Assembly: GCA_026936335.1 (NCBI GenBank)
Contig: JAPMXV010000072.1
Coordinates: forward strand, 1-64,000
DNA: 64,000 nt
Direction of reading: 5' to 3'
Source of the DNA: Mantamonas sphyraenae STR306
Taxonomy: Eukaryota > Protista > CRuMs
A program made the translations under genes and the position numbers. The notes beneath the pieces were generated by a model. It had not been told where the DNA came from. It ran no database searches and was given only the letters and a program-made list of their open reading frames with translations. Shown here piece by piece: positions 1-10,292 of this stretch (the stretch's first letter is position 1; each line of letters opens with the position of its first letter).

Positions 1-177
1 TAACCCTAACCCTAACCCTAACCCTAACCCTAACCCTAACCCTAACCCTAACCCTAACCCTAACCCTAACCCTAACCCTAACCCTAAACCTAACCCTAAC
101 CCTAACCCTAACCCTAACCCTAACCCTAACCCTAACCCTAACCCTAACCCTCTATCCCTAACACTAACCGTAACCCT
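1..177. repeat. Telomeric repeat (TAACCC)n / TTAGGG type, chromosome left end
   Basis: About 25 near-perfect TAACCC units from base 1, one TAAACC variant near 85, and degenerate proximal units (TCTATC, TAACAC, TAACCG) at 151-177. Confidence 0.98.
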
Positions 178-548
178 GAGGCCCCTTTTGAGATGTCGCA
201 TCTCCGGTCTAGCCCCGGGTGTTGCGTTCATCAGGGTGAACGTTTCCCAATTCTATGTTCTTGTGCGATTCTATCCTTCTTAATCTGGTGGTTATCGATA
301 TGAAGGGTCCGGTCTATATCGGATGAGTTGTGCTTCTGTCTGCTGGCGGGTGGCTGGGTTGGGTGGTGGCCTGGGGCAATGGGCAATGGGTGGGAGTGAA
401 AACGTCGCTGGTGAGTGGCCGTCGTCCTGCACCGCCGCGCAGTCAGCACTGCCCATCCGCCTTCAACCAAGGTATCACCAACACCCACAACACCCTCCAC
501 CAGTCCAACACAATCCACATACACTCCACTACCACCACCACCGCCACG

Positions 549-2999
549 ATGGACGGAGACTACTCAAGCACTCCGAAGCAACAACACACACCCAACACCT
601 ACCCAGCGTGCGTTCTGCCTTCCACTCCGTTTCCTGACTGCCCGCTTCTCCCGCTTCCTTGCCCGCTCCATGCCTCTGTCGCTTCCCTGCACTCCTTCCC
701 TGCATCTGCAGTTCCCCATTACCACCGCTGCTGCCTTCACCGCTCTTCTCCGATCCCCTCTCCCCTGTCACTGCCCTCCCCGTTGCCGGTTACCCGTCTG
801 CCAATCTCCTCCGTTTTCCCTCTCTGCTCGTTCCAGCCTGCTTTCACCCTGCTTCTGCTCTGACGGCGTCCATTCCGCCTTCCGCTCACCGTTCCCTCCC
901 CACTATGCCCCTACCCGTCTACCCACAGCTACGCGTACATGGTCCCTCCCATGGCTGCCCAGCCGTTTCCGAACATGCTGCCCGTCTCTGGCGTACAACA
1001 CCCGTACCAGCACCCACAACTACCCATCATCTGGGTCCCTGTCAACACCCACCCCCAGCAGCACTACGCATATGCTCATCAGGGCCATCCATACTACGCC
1101 TACCCTCCTCCGCCGCCTCCTCCGCCTCGACAAACCGCCCAGATGCACTTCGCTCAGCCTCCGTTGCACCCTCCGCCTGCTCAACCCACCATAAACCACA
1201 ACCGCGTCCCCAAACGCATCAGCCCTGCCTTTGTTGGCATCACACGGACCACATCCACCACCACATCGTCGTCCTCCTCCCACCAGGCCACACGGCAGAC
1301 TGGAGACAGCGACGACGACGACGCAGACCAGGACACAGCCACACATGACCCCGGCGACGTGGTGGACCTGATGTTCCTGAACTTTGGCCACCTTGAACCA
1401 CGGTCAATCACCAGCAACTCAGAGTGGATGACCAGCTCAGGGATGGAGGCGTACGAAGAAGACGGCGAGGCACTCGACGCAACCGAGCAGCACGTGGACG
1501 ACGAGATGAAAACTCAGGGCACACTCAGCTTCGCGTACACTGATGATGCCATGGATGAGGAGTTCATGCCGCAAGACGACAGCGACGACGACACAGACGA
1601 CGTGGAACAGGAGGACACGGACGAATGGCAGCCGAGACGCACAAGTAGAGGCCACAGACGACGCAGAGGCTACATTAGCCGTCATACTGGTTCACACTCG
1701 ATGAAAGGCAGCGGACAGCGCAGGCGCAGGGTCACGGCTGGCAGTGGCACAGAGACAGGAACGTCGAGCTCACGGGCAGGGAGGGCGAAGACCGGAGACA
1801 ACGGCGCACGGAAGAAAGCAAGCGTGAACAAGACGAACAAGTTGCCAGGTGGAGTTGTGCGCAAAGGGTGGTCAGTGGGACCCAATGACGAGCGCAGCCA
1901 CAGCAACAAGAAGGAGCACATGGCACTGCTGAACCACATGCACACTCTGGCCAACGAGCATCCCATCGACGACATCCCCGACCTGACGACCCTGCAAGTG
2001 CGTGTTGTGGTCTGCCATGGCACCCTGAACACGCTGGTCCGACAGATTCAACTCGCTCTGGGCAACATTCCCCTCTCCCAGGGCGACATGGCCTTCTTTC
2101 TCACCCTTTTCGGCCATGACATTGATCAACAGGCGTGCAGACAGGCCATCCTCAACGCTGGTCTGGCCATGGGTGTGACAGAGGCTGGGTTGAAGGTGTG
2201 CTGGCTGGAGGAGCCACACGACCACGGCGACCCCAACTACGCCTTCCTCCACCTGCTCATGACAGAGATGGACACTTTCGGCAACAGGCTGCATCCCACC
2301 ACCTGGGAGGAGCACCAGCAGACCCAGCTGTGGCTGCAGAAAGCACGACGCCCTGCTGACAACGACAGCGACCCACACTGGACACAATGCGACTACGACC
2401 ACCACCTCACCACCACCAAGGTGGACAAGTGGCACCCCGTGTCTGTGCGCAGTGGCTGGAGCAGTGCCACCCCCAGCGACGAGCGTGGTAGCTGCACGGC
2501 GCGGGAGTTCCAGACGCTGCTGGCACACATGAAGGCACGCGCAGCCAAGTACCCTCGCCATCAGCAAACCACCGAGCACCAGGCACTGCGTGAGCTGATC
2601 AACAACGGCAGCAAGATGTCCCTGCTGCGACACATCATCCTGGCGCTGGGCAACGTTGGCGTGCCGCCTGTCGACCTGGCCTTCTTTGTCCGCCTCCTCA
2701 GGCCACACCTCACCTACCAGCAGGTGGTTGGTGCCATCAGCTCCACCCTCACCCGCGGCGTCACCTCCCTCTCCCTCAAGATCGCCTGGCTTGACAACCC
2801 CCAACCCAGCGACGCCACACTGCACACCCTCCTGCACACCCTCATCGACCGCATCACACCCCACATCACCACCCGCCCCACCACCTATGCACTCGTCAAC
2901 GCCTACCCCATCCCCTCCTTCACCCTCCCCAAGCGCAAAGACCTCTCCTCCTCCTCCTCCTCCTCCTCCTCCTCCTCCAAACGCCAACGCCTCGAATGA
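549..2999 (+). CDS. Telomere-proximal hypothetical protein with Pro-rich and acidic N-terminal part and two copies of an unknown ~190-aa domain
   Basis: 686-aa ORF at 939-2999. ATG at 549 plus a GTGCGT...CACAG intron (608-928) joins in frame. Internal duplication VR.GWS...P.DER / LALGN / D.AFF / GVT...LK..WL. Confidence 0.75.
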
Positions 3000-3326
3000 A
3001 CCACACCTTCATTCTCTCACCCTCCCCTCCCCACCCACTGCACCACCCTCTCCATCACCTCATCCGGCAGTGTCACCCACCCTTCCCACCCTCCCCGCTC
3101 CACATACGCCTCCATCCCACCTGCTGCAAACATCGCCTCCCTCTCCTCCCCATTCATCACCAACGCCACCTCCATCGCCTCATCCACCTGCCCACCCCAT
3201 CCAATCGACTCGTTAACTTCCTCCACCCCGTCTTCCTCACCATCTCCACCGTTTCCATCCTCGGCTTCGCACCGGATGGGCAAACGGCCGCAACACGCAA
3301 AAAAAAAATGCAAAAAAAAAGTTGAG

Positions 3327-3398
3327 CTCCCACACCGGGAATCGAACCCGGGGTAGCTGGGTGAAAACCAGCCGAGTTGCCGACTACTCCATGCAGGA
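3327..3398 (-). tRNA. tRNA-Glu (TTC)
   Basis: 72-nt cloverleaf: acceptor TCCTGCA/TGTGGGA, D stem GAGT/ACTC, anticodon arm GCTGG-TTTTCAC-CCAGC, T loop GGTTCGATTCC. T-run terminator at 3312-3320. Confidence 0.95.
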
Positions 3399-3471
3399 CG
3401 CGGCTCACTTGCACTACCAACAAGCAATCTCCCCTGTTCAATCCTCGCAAGCATCATTGGTAGACACACTT

Positions 3472-3480
3472 TTGCGACCA
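3472..3480 (-). promoter_or_regulatory. TGGTCGCAA element, -82..-74 of tRNA-Glu(TTC)
   Basis: Same 9-mer as upstream of the CTC copies, about 10 bp further out. Confidence 0.55.
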
Positions 3481-3575
3481 CCGACACTTCCCCAAAATCT
3501 CTCCCACCCCCAATCCCATCCATTGCGACTTTGGCTGTTGAAAAACAAAACAGTGCATTGCAGCTCACACCCACA

Positions 3576-5516
3576 TCAAATCAACTTTTGCTCGCGTTGA
3601 GTGAGCAGCTCATACTGACGCCGCTGCAGGAGGAAAAGCATGCCCGAGAGCCCAAGCCACATGAGCCGCGCCATGAGCTGGTGATCGATGACGACGCCGT
3701 ACACTCGAAAGGCCTGGTCGCCCTGAATGAGACTCTGCAGAAACTCCTTCTCGGCACGCGCGCCTCCAAAGTGCAGGTACGAGACAAACTTGCTGAGGTT
3801 TTGAAAAGTCTGCGTGACCATGCTGCCGCTCTGCACAAGCAGGACGACGAGGACAACGCAGGCCACGGGCAGCAAACAGCAGAGCACCAGGTCGGTGGTG
3901 GTCTTGGACTCCCAGTCGACGACGTCGATGAGGACGAGAAGCACGTACAAGGCAAACAGGATTGTGATCGACGCCACGAGAAACATAAAGGCAAAGTAGG
4001 ATTGAAAGGCCTTGGAAGAGCCGCGGAGCAGGGCTCGGAGACGGCGCAGCTCGTGGTTGCGGCTCTCGATGACTCGCGACTCGAGGCCGACGCTCGACGA
4101 GACGATCGAGTGTTGAGAGTCGCCGGGGGCGTTGCTGTTTTCCAACTCACGCTCGTAGAGGATGGAAACAGCGAGGGAGTTGACCGAGACGATGAGCACC
4201 CTACAGCAGAGGACGTAGACGGCGACGCAGGAGAACATGACGTGGATGGAGAGAAAGTCAAAGATGCGAGTTGCAGTCCAGGCCCACCAGACGTTAGGAC
4301 AGTTGGTGACACGTCCAAGGTCGCCCGAAAACAGCGTGACGATGTTGGGCACGACCCAGGCGAGGTACATGGCAGCGGAGCCTCCATGCACGCCGCGGCC
4401 GAGCCACCGGCTCCAACGGCGCACGCCTTCCGCCTCGCGATCAGAAGCGTTGCCGCGGAGGAGTAGAAACGGCAGGTGGGAAGAGTGGACGATGCGGCGC
4501 ATGAGGGCGTAGGAAACAAGCGGAATGGTCCAGGCAATCGTGTAGGCGTGAGAGATGGGAGGGATGAGGTCGCCCTGGGCCTGCAGGTAGATCATGAGGC
4601 TAACCGATGTGATCATAAACGCGTAGACAAATAAGGGAAGAACACGCCGCTCAAGGAAGCTGCGATTGCGGGGTTGGTAAAGCGTGGACACGATGAGTAG
4701 GGTGCGGAGGGCCGGGAAAGGGGCCAGCGTCGTCTCCAGGGACACGTCGCGCTCAAACGCGTGCTGATCCTGGTCTGTGGAAGCGGGCGCGATGTCAAAC
4801 AGGTGGATTTGTTCCTCGGAGTAGTCCAACTGGGCAAGGGTTCGTGTGAGAAAACGACGAGCGCAATTACGGGAAGCCTTCGATGTGGACGCAAACCAAC
4901 CATGGACTCCAGGTCGCCCCTGCTTGCGTGGGGCATGTTGAACAGCGACGATTTGTACTTGTCAACATGCGTGACGTTGGCTTTGAGGCGACGAAAGACG
5001 CTTGCTGCGCGAGGAAAGTCCAGAGCAGGTGTGTGAGCGAACGGGAACGCGTTTCGTGCAGCCGGATGGAAAAAAAAAGGGCGCTGGGCGACTCGATGAT
5101 AACGCACCTCGGCGACGGACCCCCGACGACACGCTCATGTTGTCGTCTTCGCCAATGACATCGAGGGCATGTTCGCTCATGTAGGAGCGGGCTGGCGAGG
5201 TGGCACGTTTCGGGGAGCGCCTGCGGGAGCGGGACTTGGAACGGCTGGGGACACGAAGCGTGGGAGACGACGGCGAGCGTTGGGTGCGGTTGTGTTCATC
5301 GCTGCTGCTCTCTTCTTCGACGTCGCCGTTGTGTAGGCTGCCCGGAAGGATGTCGTTGGAGATGCTCCTCTTGGGGCGGACGTCCATGCGCGAGGGTGCG
5401 TCCGAGTCGCGGTCGCTGGTCGACTCTGGACCGCTGTCGTACTCTATGGTGGGGGTTCGTTTGGCACGGCGGATCTGCTCGAGCTCATACTTGGCGGACG
5501 TGGGTGTTCCGGGCAT
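3576..5516 (-). CDS. Multi-pass membrane protein, gustatory-receptor-like (GRL/7TMIC, DUF3537-like) candidate with long disordered N-terminus
   Basis: Joins ORFs 4962-5531, 4613-5107 and 3576-4829 through in-phase introns 5005-5107 and 4830-4900. About 7 hydrophobic segments, ending AFRVYGVVIDHQLMARLMWLGLSGMLFLLQ. Confidence 0.7.
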
Positions 5517-5603
5517 GATGGGCAGAGACACAAAGGGATTGGTTGCGACAGGGCGCAGACGGGCACAGCGAATCCTTGTCCATCGGAGCAGTGCGACGCA
5601 GGG

Positions 5604-6527
5604 ATGTCATCACCGGCGCACATTGTGTTTGCACGCGACGAGGACTCTGATTCGGAGGACGAGACGCCACAGTGGCCAGCGCCGAAGCGGAACGGGTTCC
5701 GGACGCCCGAGACGCGCAAGGAGGGGGATCTGGAGTGGGATTCGGATGAAGAGACAGAGACGGGAGGCGATGGAAACGGAAACGGACAGGCTTCGGCAGA
5801 GGAGGTGGACGTGCAAGACGAGCTGGAGGTGGAAGATCGCGCGGACCAGTACGACGCCGAGTTGGAGGAGCAACTGGCTGAAGAAGAATACCAGGAACGC
5901 ATGGCCATGATCCAGGCGCTGATGGAAGAAGGTGGGGAGGAGGCAGGAGAGGACGACGGCCTCCTGCAGGGCGAGGAGGACCCGGGGCTGGGCGCAGAGG
6001 GCGTGGACCACTCGTACCGCAGCGAGGCGCTGTACAACGCAAGCCAGGCGGTGTTGGACATGGCGGTAGAGGACATGGATCGGTTGTATGGCGAGCTGAT
6101 GGAGGACGAGCAGCTGCAGGGCCAGGCGCAGCAGTTTGTGGAGGCGGCACGCAAGGGCTCGCCAGCGGCGGCCAACGCGTTGCGATTGGCGCTGAGCGTG
6201 GTGCTGGTGCCTGTGGATTTGGAGAGGCAAGAACAGCTTGTGCAGGAGTTGGATCTGCAGCCGCTGGGCAGGGCGTCGAGCCTGGTGTCACGCGACCAGC
6301 TTGTGCCAGACACTGCGGAGCAGCTGCTTGCCCTATTGGAAGCGTTTCGCATTGACGATTGTGGCATTGAGCACTACAACTCGTTGGAAATCTTCCACTC
6401 GACGACCACGGTGCCGGAGTTTACGCGTGAGGCCATGCTGAATCTGGAAGCGTTTCCCGACGTGGCCACGCTGCTGTACGACTGGTTGGACGCAGTATAC
6501 TCGTACCTAGAGGTGACGTGGGTATGA
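5604..6527 (+). CDS. Hypothetical acidic protein (307 aa)
   Basis: ATG-initiated ORF with strong codon bias, an acidic N-half and a helical-looking C-half. It fills the gap between divergent and convergent neighbours. Confidence 0.7.
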   Translation: MSSPAHIVFARDEDSDSEDETPQWPAPKRNGFRTPETRKEGDLEWDSDEETETGGDGNGNGQASAEEVDVQDELEVEDRADQYDAELEEQLAEEEYQERMAMIQALMEEGGEEAGEDDGLLQGEEDPGLGAEGVDHSYRSEALYNASQAVLDMAVEDMDRLYGELMEDEQLQGQAQQFVEAARKGSPAAANALRLALSVVLVPVDLERQEQLVQELDLQPLGRASSLVSRDQLVPDTAEQLLALLEAFRIDDCGIEHYNSLEIFHSTTTVPEFTREAMLNLEAFPDVATLLYDWLDAVYSYLEVTWV

Positions 6528-6584
6528 TTGTGAAGTGAGCGTCGTTGGGATGAATGGATGGATGGATGAAATACATTGTCGGCG

Positions 6585-7325
6585 TCAACGATCCTTCTTG
6601 CTCTCTGTGGCCTTGGCCTTGCCCTTGCCCTTGCCCTTGCTATCAGCTGGGTTGCTGGAGCTGGCCATGGCCGACATGCTTGCGTTTGCATTGGAGGAGA
6701 GTTGGGAAAGGTCGAGGGTGACGCGTGCGAGGCCTGCGTCCAGGGTTTCAATGTCGACGGCAGACTCGCGCTGGAAGTACGAGGCGAGACCACGTGGGCA
6801 GACGCCGTATACGGAGCTGTGTCCGAGAGCCTTTGCGTAGAGAGTCATTTCCTGGAGAAGGTGCTTGCCGTAGCCGCCGTCGCGCCAGTCCGGATGGATG
6901 ACCAAGTTGGAGGCCTCGACGCTGCCTTTTTGCTTGCCCGTGCGCAGGCAGACGTGTCCGATGACCTTGGCAGTGTCTTCGAGGTCAAAGTAGGCTGTGG
7001 TTGCATCGTCCTGGGGCGTGCTTGTGTTGTCGCCGACGGGAAAGGTGGCGAGGACGAGGTGAGCCGGAAGGGCGTCTGTGGACTCGCCCACGGTGCCGCT
7101 GTTGCTGCGGCGGAGGAGTTCGGCAAGCTGGGAGCGGACGTGGTCGCGGGCGGTTTTGACGTGGTGGATGGGCACGACCTTGACACCCTCCTGGCCGCGA
7201 AAGAGTTCGCGGAAGAGGTCGGCAAAGGTGGTCCAGGCCTGGTACAGGACAATGGCCATGAGGAGAAATACAATGGCAATGACGGGTACGGAGGAGAGCA
7301 GCTCCTTGAGACTATCCTCGTCCAT
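6585..7325 (-). CDS. GNAT-family acetyltransferase with N-terminal transmembrane anchor
   Basis: Motif A-like LVIHPDWRDGGYGKHLL preceded by VIGHVCL. Hydrophobic helix VPVIAIVFLLMAIVLY. Confidence 0.75.
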   Translation of the reverse strand: MDEDSLKELLSSVPVIAIVFLLMAIVLYQAWTTFADLFRELFRGQEGVKVVPIHHVKTARDHVRSQLAELLRRSNSGTVGESTDALPAHLVLATFPVGDNTSTPQDDATTAYFDLEDTAKVIGHVCLRTGKQKGSVEASNLVIHPDWRDGGYGKHLLQEMTLYAKALGHSSVYGVCPRGLASYFQRESAVDIETLDAGLARVTLDLSQLSSNANASMSAMASSSNPADSKGKGKGKAKATESKKDR

Positions 7326-7395
7326 CGTGGTGGCTGTCCGATGCAGATGATGGTCTGCGGACACCGGCGCGAGCCCAAACAGACTTTGTGCAGAG

Positions 7396-8710
7396 ATGGT
7401 GAGTGTGCGAGCGGGTGCACCGAGACTCTGGCTGTAGGAGGCGTATGGAAGGCGTGTGGTGGACGCAAAGACGCAGCGTAGGAGTGTGCGGGAGAGTGGG
7501 GCAAGGCGAGAGGTGCAGAAATGCGCGTCCCTCTGTGCGCGCGAGCGGCCGGGTCAGAAGCAAGCGCAGAGAGGGGGGGAGGGGTGCGGCGGGGGGAATG
7601 AGAAAAGGACGGAGCGGAGCGGGGGGGGAGATGGGACTGACACGTGTGGACGCGGTGGGTTGCGCGTTGTGGCAGTCTGGGTTCTCCACGTTCACGGCCG
7701 ACCACCAGGATGTGATCCACGACGCGCAGTACGACTTTTACGGAAAGCGGATTGCGACGTGCTCGTCGGACCAGCACATCAAGATTTGGGACATGGACAC
7801 AGACGGGACGTGGGTGTGCACGGCAGCGTGGAAGGCACACCAGGGGTCGATCTGGAAGCTGAGCTGGGCGCATCCCGAGTTTGGCCAGGTGCTTGCGTCG
7901 TGCTCGTTCGACAAGACTGTACACATCTGGGAGGAGCACGACATTGGTCAGGTCAAGGGGTCGGGCAGCGGGTCTGGCAGCGGATCGACCTCGTCGTCTT
8001 CTGCGTCGTCGGGCAGCGCGTCGTCGTCTGCGTCGTCGAGCAGCGGAGGGAGCGAGGAGAGCAACCAGACGGCATCGAGCACCAAGTGGGAGAAAATGTG
8101 CTCGATTGTGGACAGCAAGGTGGCTGTGCACGACGTAAAGTTTGCGCCGAAGCATCTTGGACTGCGTGTGGCGACGTGCTCCAAGGACGGCCTTGTGCGC
8201 ATCTACGAGGCGGTGGACGTGCTGCAACTGCAGCATTGGTCGCCGATGGAGGAGTTTCTGTGCCATGAGGACGGCAACTCGTGCTTGGCGTGGAATCCGT
8301 CGCGGTTTGACCCGCCGATGCTTGTGGTCGGCGGAAACGGACCGAACGCCAAGGTCTGCCAGTTTGACACGAACAACAACCGATGGCAGATTGTGTACGA
8401 CCTGCCTGGGGACGAGCAAGACATTGTGCACGACGTGGCGTGGGCGCCGATTATGGGCCGGTCGTACCACCTGATTGCGACGGCATCCAAGAATGCAGCG
8501 GTGCGCATCTGGAGGCTGAACCTGGACGCGGGCCAGTTGGACTGCGTGGCAGAGTTTTCGGAGCACCACTCGGAGGTGTGGCGTGTGGAATGGAACGTCA
8601 CCGGAACGATTCTGGCGTCATCCGGCGACGACGGCAAGGTGCGGCTGTGGAAGGCCAACCTGCAGGGGGAGTGGCGAGAGGTGTCTGAGATTGAGGGTGT
8701 CGATGAGTGA
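7396..8710 (+). CDS. SEH1: Nucleoporin / GATOR2 subunit SEH1 (WD40)
   Basis: DHQDVIHDAQYDFYGKRIATCSSDQ, WAHPEFGQVLASCSFD, DVKFAPKHLGL, WAPIMGRSYHLIATAS, VEWNVTGTILASSGDDG. ATG at 7396 is followed directly by intron 7399-7675 (GTGAGT...ACTGAC...GCAG). Confidence 0.92.
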
Positions 8711-8764
8711 GGGGTGATGTGTGCGTCGGAAACGACAGCAATGCAGGATATTGGAACGTGCGCC

Positions 8765-8773
8765 TGATCGCAA
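8765..8773 (+). promoter_or_regulatory. TGATCGCAA element, -72..-64 of tRNA-Glu(CTC)
   Basis: Positionally conserved upstream of the tRNA. Confidence 0.55.
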
Positions 8774-8836
8774 AGCGGGTTGTGCAGGTGTGCGAGGCGG
8801 ATCTGTATGTGCGGAAACTGCAGTGAGTGGTGAACA

Positions 8837-8908
8837 TCTCGTATGGAGTAGTCGGTAACTCGTGTGGCTCTCACCCACACACCCCGGGTTCGATTCCCGG
8901 TACGAGAG
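8837..8908 (+). tRNA. tRNA-Glu (CTC)
   Basis: 72-nt cloverleaf TCTCGTA...TACGAGA-G, anticodon arm TGTGG-CTCTCAC-CCACA, GGTTCGATTCC. T-rich terminator follows. Confidence 0.96.
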
Positions 8909-9196
8909 CTTCTTCTTTTTCCATTTCTTTTTCGTTTGTTGATGTCATCATTTGGCGCAACCAGGTACGACTGGGTGTGTGTTTGCGTGCGTGTCTGCGA
9001 GCTGCGAGGCCATTGCCAGACGTTTCTTTTTGAAAAGGTGGCGGCACGGCCTCGCAAGCCGCGGCAAGCAATTTCGCAAACCCACACCCACACACACACA
9101 CACACAAGCGTCTGCACATCAGACCCCTTTGGCTCAAACCAACAGTATCGACACCCAATCACACCCTGCAATTCCAAACCAACCATAACGCAAACC

Positions 9197-9905
9197 ATGG
9201 AAGTTAGCACGTACACGACCTCGACCTCGACCTCGACATCCTCGAGCGGGAAGCACAGCAGCAGCGGCAGCAGCGTGACGTCCGACGCCCAGTCGGCTAC
9301 CAAGCGCCTGCAAAGCGAGCTGATGTCCATGATGGTACGTGGTTGCAAACGTGTGTGCTGCTCTGTGCTTGGGGGAAGCGGACGAAAGGTGGCCGCGCGC
9401 CAAAATGTAGCGGCCACTTTTTTGAATCTGGCAACGGCTAACACTGGAAAAAAACACACTCTGCGCGCTGCGCCAACAGATGAAGGCGACCGAAGGCGTA
9501 TCTGCCTTTCCCAGCGACGACAACATGTTCAACTGGGTGGGCACCATTGTTGGCGGCGACGGCACGCCGTACGAGGGCCAGACGTACAGCTTGAGCTTGG
9601 AATTTAGCGCAGAGTACCCGTACAAGGCACCCACAGTCAAGTTCACCACGCCCTGCTTCCACCCCAACGTCGACCAATACGGCAACATCTGCCTTGACAT
9701 CCTCAAGGACAAATGGTCCGCCGTGCTCAATGTCCAGACTTTGCTCATGAGCATCCAGACCCTGCTTGGCGACCCCAACTGCGACTCGCCCCTCAACACC
9801 ACGGCGGCCTCGCTGTGGGAGAACCAGAAGGAGTACTGCAAGGTGCTTGCTGCCAAGTACGAGGAGGCCAAAGAGGACGAGGAGGATGAGGAAGACGAGG
9901 AGTAG
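9197..9905 (+). CDS. UBE2C: Ubiquitin-conjugating enzyme E2 C (UbcH10/UBC11-like)
   Basis: [11 protein letters not shown]|[45 protein letters not shown]. Intron 9335-9479. Confidence 0.9.
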
Positions 9906-9976
9906 GAGCCAGACGGAATGAAACGGAACGCACCGCCAAAGATGGAAGCAAGGGTTAATCCTGAGCCCACAGAGAG

Positions 9977-10010
<34 letters not shown>
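9977..10010 (+). repeat. (AC)n microsatellite between UBE2C and a tRNA
   Basis: About 16-17 AC units read directly. Confidence 0.9.
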
Positions 10011-10014
<4 letters not shown>

Positions 10015-10048
10015 ACGGCCAAACGAGAACGAACGACAAAAAAGAAAG

Positions 10049-10120
10049 CTCTCGTACCGGGAATCGAACCCGGGGTGTGTGGGTGAGAGCCACACGAGTT
10101 ACCGACTACTCCATACGAGA
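10049..10120 (-). tRNA. tRNA-Glu (CTC)
   Basis: Reverse complement is identical to the copy at 8837-8908. Confidence 0.96.
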
Positions 10121-10182
10121 TGTTCACCTACAAAGGCATTTTTGCACGTACAGACCCGCCCCACATCCCCACTCCACCAATC

Positions 10183-10191
10183 TTGCGACCA
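10183..10191 (-). promoter_or_regulatory. TGGTCGCAA element, -71..-63 of tRNA-Glu(CTC)
   Basis: Positionally conserved upstream of the tRNA. Confidence 0.6.
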
Positions 10192-10292
10192 CAACCAGCA
10201 CCCACCATCCCTGCCACAATCCCCTTTCCCCTTTCCCAACCACCGAAACACCCACGTCTCCTGTCTCCCCTTCTCGTCTCGTACAACCCCGA

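Noticed and set aside
939-2999. Telomere-associated retrotransposon or helicase
   Set aside because: No RT (YADD), endonuclease, Walker or RecQ motifs are visible in the ORF.
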